DNA from: Acidimicrobiales bacterium | Lineage (GTDB): Bacteria > Actinomycetota > Acidimicrobiia > Acidimicrobiales > GCA-2861595 | Direction: 5' to 3' | Length of the DNA: 64,000 bases | Assembly (NCBI GenBank): GCA_035536185.1 | Contig: DATLOM010000018.1 | Location: 135,865-199,864, forward strand | Shown here: piece after piece, positions 9,233 through 23,733 of the stretch | Numbering within the stretch: position 1 is the stretch's first letter | Layout: each line of letters starts with the position of its first letter | The notes under the pieces: model-generated | The model's input: only the letters and a program-made list of their open reading frames with translations | What the model was told of the DNA's origin: nothing | The model's database searches: none | Program-made: the position numbers and the translations under genes

Positions 9233-9798
9233 GACCGCCCCAGGTCGTTGAGCACCTCGGTGATCCGGTCGAGGGGCAACACCTGGTCGACGGCACCCGT
9301 GGCGATGGCAGCCTCGGGCATCTCCCGACGTACGGCGGTGAGGGGATCCTGGGCGAGCGTGACCCCACCCCGTCGCTTCACCTGCCGGATGCCGCGGCAG
9401 CCGTCGTCGTTGGAGCCGGTGAGGATCACCGCCACAGACTCGTCGGCGTACGCATCCGCCGCCGACTCGAACAGCACGTCTATCGACGGGCGGCTGTATT
9501 GCACCGGCGCGTCGATCGACAGCGCGAACCGACCTGGTTCCACGAGCAGGTGGTAGTCGGCCGGCGCCAAGTACACCCGACCGGGCTCGATCGCGTCCTT
9601 GTCCTCGGCCTCGGAGACCGGAAGGCTGCACCGGGCCTGGAGGTAGCTCACCAGAGCACCCTCGGGAGAGTTGGCCGCACGATGCAACGCGACGGCCAGG
9701 GCAAAGCTGCACCCCTCCTCCAGCAGGGCCACCACCTTCCCCAAGGCGTCGAGACCGCCCCACGAGCCGCCCACCACCACCAGCCGGAAAGACGTCAA
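9229..9798 (-). CDS. cheB: Protein-glutamate methylesterase catalytic domain only (CheB without a receiver domain)
   Basis: The sequence shows VVVGGSWGGLDAL...LTGSNDDGCRGIRQVKRRGGVTLAQD. The likely TTG start at 9798 overlaps the cheR TGA. The listed 425-aa ORF is mostly out-of-context run-on over cheR. Confidence 0.75.
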   Translation of the reverse strand: MTSFRLVVVGGSWGGLDALGKVVALLEEGCSFALAVALHRAANSPEGALVSYLQARCSLPVSEAEDKDAIEPGRVYLAPADYHLLVEPGRFALSIDAPVQYSRPSIDVLFESAADAYADESVAVILTGSNDDGCRGIRQVKRRGGVTLAQDPLTAVRREMPEAAIATGAVDQVLPLDRITEVLNDLGRS

Positions 9799-10619
9799 AG
9801 GATCCTCCGGTACACCTTCTCGTGGCCGTCGATCTCGGCGTAGGCGTCGGCGTGGCTGGTGAAGCGGATCGACTCCTTGTGGCCGAGGGCGAGGATGCCC
9901 GAACGGGCGAGGCTCCTGTGGAAGAGCCCGTGAACCTTGTCCTGCAGGGCCCGGTCGAAGTAGATCATCACGTTCCGGCACATGATCAGGTTGAACTCGT
10001 TGAACGAAGCGTCGGACACCAGGTTGTGCTGGGCGAAGACGGCGTTCTCCAGCAGAGTCGGGTCGAAACGGGCGCGGTCGCCGTACACCTTGTAGTAGTC
10101 GGAAAAGGAGCAGCGGCCGCCGTAACGGAGGTAGTTCTGGGTGAACTCCTGCATGCGCTCGAGGGGAAAGAGCCCTTCCTTGGCCCGCTGCACCACGGTG
10201 CCGTTGATGTCGGTGGCATAGATCCTGGTCCTGCCGTCCAGCCCCTCTTCGCGCAGCAGGATGGCCAGAGAGTAGGTCTCCTCGCCCGTCGAGCAACCAG
10301 GATTCCAGATGCGAACGAACGGATAGGTGCGGAGGAGCGGGACGACCTTGTCGCGAAGGGCGGCGTAGAAGGTCGGGTCCCGGAACATCGAGGTCACGTT
10401 TATGGAGAGGTCGAGCAGGAGCCGTTCCATGCAGGCGGAGTCGTGGAGCACCCGTTCCTGCAGGCCCGACAGCGTGGCCAAGCCCTCCTCCATCATGCGC
10501 CGCCACATCCGGCGCTTGATGGAGGCCCGGGCGTATTCACGGAAGTCGTAGCCGTAGTGGTGGTAGATGGCGTCGAGCAGCAACCGGAGCTCGAGCGCCT
10601 CCAGGTCTTCCCCGGGCAC
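9795..10619 (-). CDS. cheR: Protein-glutamate O-methyltransferase CheR
   Basis: 274 aa containing TSMFRDP, RIWNPGCSTGEETYSLAILL and CRNVMIYF. Confidence 0.9.
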   Translation of the reverse strand: MPGEDLEALELRLLLDAIYHHYGYDFREYARASIKRRMWRRMMEEGLATLSGLQERVLHDSACMERLLLDLSINVTSMFRDPTFYAALRDKVVPLLRTYPFVRIWNPGCSTGEETYSLAILLREEGLDGRTRIYATDINGTVVQRAKEGLFPLERMQEFTQNYLRYGGRCSFSDYYKVYGDRARFDPTLLENAVFAQHNLVSDASFNEFNLIMCRNVMIYFDRALQDKVHGLFHRSLARSGILALGHKESIRFTSHADAYAEIDGHEKVYRRIL

Positions 10620-10625
10620 GGGCTG

Positions 10626-17357
<6,732 letters not shown>

Positions 17358-17493
17358 CGCGTAGTCCTTCCGGGCTGATCCTCGTACCTACCGGTCGGTC
17401 GTCGCGTCTGCTCCACGGCGCCGTACCGCGCACCTGGGAAGGGTACCCCTGCCGGTTCCGCCAGGGACCGGCGCGCCAGGGCAGAATGGAGGG

Positions 17494-18297
17494 ATGACGG
17501 CCGACGCCTTCCGGGTGGTCGTCGCCGACGACTCCGTCGACATGAGGGATCTGCTAAGCGCCGCACTGGAGGCGACAGGTCGGTTCGAGGTGATCGCCCG
17601 GTGTGGCGACGGCACCGAAGCCCTCGAGGCCGTAAGGGACCAGCAGCCCGACCTCGCCCTGCTGGACCTGGGGATGCCCAACGTCGGGGGGATCGAGGTC
17701 CTTCCGGACCTGGTGGCCGCCTCGCCGCGCAGCCGGGTCATCGTGGTGTCCGGCTTCCCGAGGGGCCGGCTTGCCCACCTGACGCTTTCCCAGGGTGCGG
17801 TCGGCTACGTGGAGAAGAGCCTGTCGGCCAAGGCCATGGTCGACGACATCGTCTCGGTGGCGGGAATGATCGAGGCGGTTTCGTGGGCGCTGGCCGAGAA
17901 CCGGGCCCATCTCGAGAGGGACCCCCGCAGCAGTGCCGCCGCCCGTCGCTTCGTGGAGGAGACGTTGAGGCGATGGGAGTGCGACGACCTGCTGGACACG
18001 GTGAACCTCCTGGTTTCGGAGCTGGTCACCAACTCCGTCGTCCATGCCGACTCCGCGGCCGAGGTCGCCGTGCTGCTCAAGCCCCACGCCATACGCATCG
18101 AGGTCGCCGATCGGGGCCAGGCCGCTCTGGCGGTGCAGGAAGCCGACGAGACGGCCACTTCCGGGCGGGGCCTCGCCCTGGTGGAGGCCCTCTCCTCGTC
18201 CTGGGGTGTGGTCCCCGGCCACGATGGCAACACGGTGTGGTTCGAGGTACCCCGCCCGGACACCATGCCGCCCCGGCCGAGGATGGTGGCGCCGTAA
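17494..18297 (+). CDS. Receiver domain fused to an RsbW/SpoIIAB-like anti-sigma serine kinase (HATPase_c_2) domain
   Basis: REC shows VVVADDSVDMRDLL...LLDLGMPNVGGIE..VVSGF. The C-terminal part shows ARRFVEETLRRW..LLVSELVTNSVVHA...GRGLALVEALSSSWGV. Confidence 0.75.
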   Translation: MTADAFRVVVADDSVDMRDLLSAALEATGRFEVIARCGDGTEALEAVRDQQPDLALLDLGMPNVGGIEVLPDLVAASPRSRVIVVSGFPRGRLAHLTLSQGAVGYVEKSLSAKAMVDDIVSVAGMIEAVSWALAENRAHLERDPRSSAAARRFVEETLRRWECDDLLDTVNLLVSELVTNSVVHADSAAEVAVLLKPHAIRIEVADRGQAALAVQEADETATSGRGLALVEALSSSWGVVPGHDGNTVWFEVPRPDTMPPRPRMVAP

Positions 18298-18564
18298 CGC
18301 AACGCGCCGACTGAACCATCCCAGCGGCACTCCAAAGCTGGGAGCGGTGTCGGCCCTGGCCGTCGAATCCGGGCCTCGGCCGCGAGCGATGATCGAGACG
18401 CGGTAATGAGCGGCCCTTTCGGGGGCGAGGCCACGTTCAAGGACTGCCGGGCGATGCATAGAGGGCCAAAACAGCCAGACCTGGGACACGTCGCGGTTTG
18501 GATAACGATCGCCACTCGAGCAGGGTCGTCGGGGGCGCCGGGAGGCGCGCAGGCGCCCAATTAG

Positions 18565-18576
18565 GAACATCTGTTC
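18565..18576 (+). promoter_or_regulatory. LexA-type SOS box (GAAC-N4-GTTC) followed directly by a TATACT -10-like hexamer
   Basis: GAACATCTGTTC (with flanking G..GA) lies at 18565-18576. TATACT lies at 18579-18584. This is 45 nt upstream of the HNH gene ATG 18629, which has the RBS GGGAGG. Confidence 0.6.
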
Positions 18577-18628
18577 GATATACTTGGGCACAGGAAAAAC
18601 GCGAAGCCGAGTCGTGGGAGGCAGACGA

Positions 18629-20486
18629 ATGGGTGCACAGATTGACGTTGTCCGGGAGGCGGCAACCGAGGAGGTCCCGCTCGAGTACCTGGAGCGGGAG
18701 ATCTGCCAGCTGGGCAGCAACATCGCGGCGGCGACCTGCCGCTGGCTCATGCTGCTGGCCGAGTTCGACCGGCGCCAGGGCTGGGCGGTGTGGGGCGCCC
18801 GCTCGTGTGCCGAATGGCTCAGCTGGCGCTGTGGTGTCGGGGCCGTCGCCGCTCGTGATCATCTGCGGGTGGCGCACCGCCTCGGTGAGCTGAAGCTGGT
18901 GAGGGCGGGATTCGCCGCCGGCGAGCTGAGCTTCTCCAAGGTGCGCGCCATCAGCCGAGTCGCTACCGCCGAGACCGAGGCGACCCTGGTCGAGCTCGCC
19001 CGCCATGCCACCGCCAACCACATGGAACAGATCGCCCGTGCCTATCGGGGGCTCAAGCGCCGGATGGCCAAGGACGGGAAGGGCAAGGACCAGAAGGACG
19101 CCGGATACCTGCACTGGTACTGGGACGACGACGGGTACCTGGTCATCGTGGGCCGGTTCCCCCCCGAAGAGGGCGCCGTCTTCATACAGGCGCTCAACGC
19201 GGCCAGAAGTGCGCTGGCCGGCGAGCCCGAGAAGGATGAGCCGAGCGCCGACGATTCCGCGGAATCGCTGCCCACATCGCCCTTTCCCACCGATCGTCAC
19301 GATTCCGCGGAATCGTTGACCTCGTCGGGCGATCAGGCTGCTCCCAATGATTCCGCGGAATCGGGGCCCTCGTCGCCCGATCAGGCCGCTCCGGACGATT
19401 CCGCGGAATCGCTGGCCTGGCCGGCCGAACACAGCGGTCGCGATGACCTTGCGGAATCGCAGACCAGGGACCCGCGCGATTCCGCGGAATCCTGGACGCC
19501 GCCGGCCGGTGCCACAGAGGGTCCCGCTGCAGCGACAGGTTCCGGCGATTCCGCGGAATCGCGTTTGGGCAACGCCGGGGGACGATTCCGCGGAATCGCT
19601 GTGGGCCGAGGAGGACGAGGAGTACCTCAACGGGTACTGGATGGTGCCCGAGGATGAAGAGTCCGGCGAGCTCATTTGGGTGGCCGGAGAGGTGCCAGAA
19701 GATGACGATTCCGCGGAAGCGGCCCCTGCGTGCCCCGGAGACAACGACCCAAGCGCACGAGCGCCCGCCGCAACCAGACGCGATTCCGCGGAATCGCGAC
19801 CGACCGCAGCAGATGCCCTCCTGTCCATGGCCGAGACGATGCTCCGCTACGGGCCCCAGGCCCGGGACGGCGGTGACCGCTACCAGGCCGTGGTGATCGT
19901 CGACGCCGAGGTCCTGGCCGGCGACGGACCTGGGCGCTGCGAGATCGACGACGGGCCGGCCATAGCTCCTGAGACCGCAAGGTTCATCACCTGTGACTCC
20001 AGCCTCGTGTTCACCATCCTGGGTGCCGGCGGTGAGCCGCTCAACGTGGGACGAAGCACCAAGACGATCCCCAGGGCCATTCGCCGGGCCCTCAGGCTGC
20101 GCGACGGGAAGTGCCGCTTCCCCGGCTGCACCCAGCGCCGCTTCGTCGACGGCCACCACATCCAGCACTGGTCACAAGGGGGCGAGACGTCGCTCGAGAA
20201 CCTCGTCCTGCTGTGCCGCGTCCACCACCGCAAGGTCCACGAGCAGAAGTTCGCCGTCCGCTACGACGGCGGCACCAAGTTCACCTTCACCCGCCCCGAC
20301 GGCACCCTGATCCCCGAGGCCCCGACCGCAGTCCCCGCGCTCGAGGGCCACGTCGTCAAGGCTAACCGGCAGCTCGGCCTCAGCATCGGCCCCGACACCG
20401 CAAGCAGCCTGTGGGCCGGCGAGCAACTCGACCTCGCCATGGTCATGGATGGCCTTCTCGTCCTGGAGGCCCGCAACCTCAACTAG
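18629..20486 (+). pseudogene. DUF222 / HNH endonuclease (REP13E12-like), interrupted by a +1 frameshift near 19576-19581
   Basis: The N-terminal DUF222-like part (ICQLGSNIAAATCRWLMLLAEFDRRQGW...FSKVRAIS) is in the frame of ORF 18584-19657. The C-terminal HNH part (CRFPGC...DGHHIQHWSQGGETSLENLVLLCRVHHRKVHE) is in the frame of ORF 19347-20486. The frames switch between palindrome copies 7 and 8. Confidence 0.8.
19252..19796. repeat. Ten copies of the perfect palindrome (C)GATTCCGCGGAATC(G) inside the HNH gene
   Basis: Copies start at 19253, 19301, 19349, 19397, 19445 (degenerate), 19478, 19547, 19584, 19707 (degenerate) and 19782. The first five are exactly 48 bp apart. Each is read as DSAES in frame. 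Confidence 0.9.
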
Positions 20487-20733
20487 TGCCCTGTGAAGCG
20501 GCGTCGGCTTCACCCCAGCGCATCTGCGAAGACTCCGCACCGCTGGCAAGGAGCTGGTTGAACAATGCGTCCAAGCGGACGGCGACCTCCATGGTGAGCC
20601 AGATCTCGCCGCAAGATGGACATCCCTCAACGGGAACATCGAGGACGATAGCGGTGCGGCCGTCCTTCTGGGCGAGGCGCGCCCGATGTGTTGGACGCCG
20701 TGCACCGTCGTTGCAGTGTTCGCATCGCATCAT
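20479..20733 (-). CDS. YgiT-type (MqsA N-terminal-like) zinc-finger protein
   Basis: Trimmed to ATG 20733 (RBS GGAGGAAAC). The sequence MMRCEHCNDG...VPVEGCPSCGEIWLT has two CxxC pairs. 84 aa. Confidence 0.65.
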   Translation of the reverse strand: MMRCEHCNDGARRPTHRARLAQKDGRTAIVLDVPVEGCPSCGEIWLTMEVAVRLDALFNQLLASGAESSQMRWGEADAASQGTS

Positions 20734-20797
20734 GTTTCCTCCGTCAGGTACCCGGCTCGACGATCGGACCAGCGCCGATAAAGCGCAAGGGAGGAGA

Positions 20798-21102
20798 TCA
20801 GGCGAGTTGCTTGGTTGATGTGACGTCCCGAAAGCCCAGGCGCGCGTTTGGCTCGTAGTCTCCGTGGAGTACCTCTGGTGCGAGGTCCAAGCCATTCGGC
20901 CACACGGCGGTGCCTGCCTCCTGGTCGACCCGGACCTTGGCGAAGTAGGCGGGGTCATCGAGTGGCTCGAGGAGCGAACCCGAAGCCGCGCCAGGCACGT
21001 ACTGGACATCCCTCACTACGCCTCGTCGAATAGCAGGCGCATCACGTGCGGGCGAATGACAGCGACGCCTACAACTTCAGGGCTGCGACCTGGAGCAGTC
21101 AT
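20798..21102 (-). pseudogene. DUF2442-like protein, apparently split by a frameshift or stop at 21016-21018
   Basis: The C-terminal piece shows LEPLDDPAYFAKVRVDQEAGTAVWPNGLDLAPEVLH, the DUF2442 signature as I recall it. An upstream 28-codon piece (MTAPGRSPEVVGVAVIRPHVMRLLFDEA, ATG 21102) ends in TAG, one base out of frame. Confidence 0.45.
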
Positions 21103-21221
21103 TGGATCGCGATGGTACCCGGCGGTCCGCCGCTGCTCACCCTCTGCCAAGCCCTGACAAGTTCGCTTCGGTGCAGCTGGGCTCAGTCGCAAACGAGCCT
21201 TGTCTGAAAGGCTGGTAATCG

Positions 21222-21281
21222 AAATGGTGGGGCCGCGCAGGGATTTTAAACCTACGTAGGCTGTGCCGACAGATTTGCAGT
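21222..21281 (-). repeat. Degenerate copy of the 3' ~60 nt of tRNA-Tyr (att-like remnant)
   Basis: aaatggtggggccgcgcagggattttaaacctacgtaggctgtgccgacagatttgcagt aligns with 26451-26510 of the intact tRNA-Tyr, with a few substitutions and indels. It has no 5' half. Confidence 0.75.
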
Positions 21282-21459
21282 GGGCGAGGAAGTCTGCGAT
21301 CGCCCACAGCAGGCCCGGTGACCTGGCTCTTATCGGCAGGATCACCCGACCCGCCACGTGTGATTCGTGTGGGATCGGCGACCGCGTCGGCGCACGGCCG
21401 TCTGGTCGCAAAGCGCGATGCGGCAACCGCTTATGGAGCGGCAATACGCGGAAGGACGC

Positions 21460-22353
21460 TCAGCGGCTGAGATGGGCGGTGACGTTGCCGGCGTCATCGA
21501 CCCCGTACACGTCGAGTTGCAGAGTCCGCCGGATCGCCTCTGGTACGCGAAGGGCACCGGCGACGTGACGTTCCGGTACGACGATCGCGTAGCGCACGCC
21601 GTCGCTGTCGTCGCTCATGCGCCGGAGTAGCTGTCCATACCCGGTGTCGATGTCGAGGTTCGGCGCCAAAGTCGAGCCCTTTGCCTCCGCCACCAGGCGC
21701 TCGACCCCTCGGGTCGCGACGACATCGGCCCAGTCGACCTCCGTCTCGACGTCCCATCCCCGCGAGCGCAACCACGTTGAGAAGCCTGCGACGACGACGG
21801 CCTCGCTCGGTCCGGTTGTGGCGTTCCGGCTCGTCCGCCGGCGGGCGCTCTGGAGCAATGGGACCGGGTCGAAAGGGACGAGCGGCGTGGAGCGCCCCAG
21901 GCGTTGTGGATGGCGGGGGTGGCCCTTGCTCGTGGTCCCAAAGCACCACAGCTGGTGGGAGGCGACGAACCGGAGCACCGATGTTACGCGATCCGAGAAA
22001 TGTGATCCCTGCTCGCCCCAGCCAACGACGATGATGTCGGCGTCGCGCAGGTGTCGTGCGATCGTGGCGTCATTGTCCGGCCCGACGGGATCGGGATGCG
22101 ACCGCAAGAGCGCGGGGTCGGTGGTCCGAAGGGCGAACAGGTTGACGATCGTGACCGTTCCGACGGAGTGTTTTGGGATGGACACGGCGAACCGGAGCAC
22201 CGCGGCAACGGTGGGGTCGTCGCTGGTCTCGTCAGCGGTAGAGGGGTTGAGCAAGACGAGCACGGCCTGCGCGCCGTTTCCCAGCGTGCGCGTGAGGTCG
22301 TAACGGTAGATCCCATCGTCACTGATGGTCGCCGTCCGCTCCACGCCCCACAT
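21460..22353 (-). CDS. DUF1643-like N-terminal domain fused to a PD-(D/E)xK-type (restriction-endonuclease-like) C-terminal domain
   Basis: The N-terminus shows VLLNPSTADETSDDPTVAAVLRFA...VNLFALRTTDPALL. The C-terminus shows GWDVETEVDWADVVATRGVERLVAEAKG, which fits the D...E-x-K pattern. Confidence 0.6.
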   Translation of the reverse strand: MWGVERTATISDDGIYRYDLTRTLGNGAQAVLVLLNPSTADETSDDPTVAAVLRFAVSIPKHSVGTVTIVNLFALRTTDPALLRSHPDPVGPDNDATIARHLRDADIIVVGWGEQGSHFSDRVTSVLRFVASHQLWCFGTTSKGHPRHPQRLGRSTPLVPFDPVPLLQSARRRTSRNATTGPSEAVVVAGFSTWLRSRGWDVETEVDWADVVATRGVERLVAEAKGSTLAPNLDIDTGYGQLLRRMSDDSDGVRYAIVVPERHVAGALRVPEAIRRTLQLDVYGVDDAGNVTAHLSR

Positions 22354-22815
22354 TGTTACCGATCCTCAGCTGTCAGTGGCGATAGGTACGGACGAATTCG
22401 AAGCGGCTACGCGAAGCGCCGATGCGCCGATCGGTCCGGCTTCGGGCAGTCGGGGCACACCGGGTCAAGCGGCTGATAGTGGTGTCCCTGACTGGCATCT
22501 CGGGGCGATGCCCCACGTTGTTAGGCATGCACGTTCGGGGACACCCGTCGCCCGCCCTGCCACGCCAGAGCCGTCGTTCGGTCGCGACGATCGCCTTTGG
22601 GCAGCGTCTTGGTCTCGGAAGTCCCAGTCCGACACGATTACGTCATCGACGACGGTGGATGTTCGCTTGCGGATGCCGTCAGCTCCGGCGGTCCGCTGGG
22701 CCTTCTTCGGCGTGTCAAGCGGGCCGCGATCGGGGCGGCGGGCCGCAGCCGGCAAAAACGGTGCCAGGCACCGCTAATCAGTTGGCGTAGGAGGATTACG
22801 CCGTAGTCTCGATCC

Positions 22816-23472
22816 GTGGCGAGGGTCTACGTGTTCGGCGACGAAGCCGGCAATCTCGACTTCAAAGTGGCGAAAGGCGCCAGCAAGTACTTCATCGTAT
22901 GCAGCGTCACGATGCCGGACTGTGGCGCGGGGGATGACCTAATGGAGCTTCGACGGGAGCTCGCGTGGCAAGGAGTAGCCCTGGAGTCGACCTTCCACGC
23001 TACCGAGGACAAGCAGGTCGTGCGGGATGAGGTCTTTCGGCTTCTCGCCGACGTCGACCTCCGGGTGGACGCCACCATCCTCGAAAAGCGGAAGGCTCTG
23101 CCTCGCCTGCAGCAGGACAAGGAGCACTTCTACAAGTTCGCCTGGTACTACCACTTCAAGCATGTCGCCCCAAGGATCGCTTCTAGCAAGGACGAGCTGC
23201 TGGTTGTCATCGCCTCCATCGGAACGAAGAAGCGCCGCAAGGGCATTCGCCTCGGCATCGAGGACGTAATCTGGCAGTCGAGCCGGACAACCACTTGGGA
23301 GGTCGCATTCTGGCCCGCAGAGAGCGACCCATGCCTGCAGATCGCCGACTACTGCACGTGGGCTGTCCAGCGAAAGTGGGAGGCCAACGACGACCGGTCG
23401 TACCAGATCATCAAGCCGAAGATCCGCTCCGAGTACAACCTGTGGAGCGCAGGCACGACCTACTACTACTGA
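22816..23472 (+). CDS. DUF3800-family protein
   Basis: It shows VYVFGDEAGNLDF at the N-terminus and CLQIADYCTWAVQRK near the C-terminus. It uses a GTG start with no clear RBS. Confidence 0.6.
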   Translation: MARVYVFGDEAGNLDFKVAKGASKYFIVCSVTMPDCGAGDDLMELRRELAWQGVALESTFHATEDKQVVRDEVFRLLADVDLRVDATILEKRKALPRLQQDKEHFYKFAWYYHFKHVAPRIASSKDELLVVIASIGTKKRRKGIRLGIEDVIWQSSRTTTWEVAFWPAESDPCLQIADYCTWAVQRKWEANDDRSYQIIKPKIRSEYNLWSAGTTYYY

Positions 23473-23733
23473 GAGAGGTTCCCCAGCCAACTAGCGCTGC
23501 GGCAGAGCCCAGGGGCTCTTTCATCGGCTGAGCAACCTCACGCCCACCCTAGCAACAGCGTGGGACGACGCACGGGGATGGTCAGCTCTGAACGCCTCGT
23601 CGAAGGGCCGGGAACTTCGCCTCCAGCGCCTTCACGGTCAATCTTGCTGAGTGGTGGATCGTCGCAATCAGGAAGCGATAGCGCGCTGGGCGGGCGATCT
23701 AGGTCGACTCGCAGCGTCTTGGAAGGCGACGGG

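Noticed and set aside
19252-19796. A CRISPR-like appearance, with short palindromic repeats separated by unique ~34-bp spacers at a 48-bp period.
   Set aside because: The repeats are only 14-16 bp. They lie in frame inside a DUF222/HNH coding sequence, where each is read as DSAES. The spacing becomes irregular after five units, and there are no cas genes or leader in the window.
18437-19828. A 463-aa minus-strand ORF rich in RFRGI repeats, and a 63-aa minus-strand ORF with DSAES repeats.
   Set aside because: They arise because the palindrome reads the same on both strands. There are no other coding signals, and they lie antisense to the HNH gene.
22354-22815. A 460-bp spacer between the DUF1643-nuclease and DUF3800 genes containing small ORFs (for example 22465-22755, minus strand), considered as a possible small gene or ncRNA.
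   Set aside because: There are no motifs, RBS or convincing structure. It may be a decayed gene remnant, but this is unsupported.
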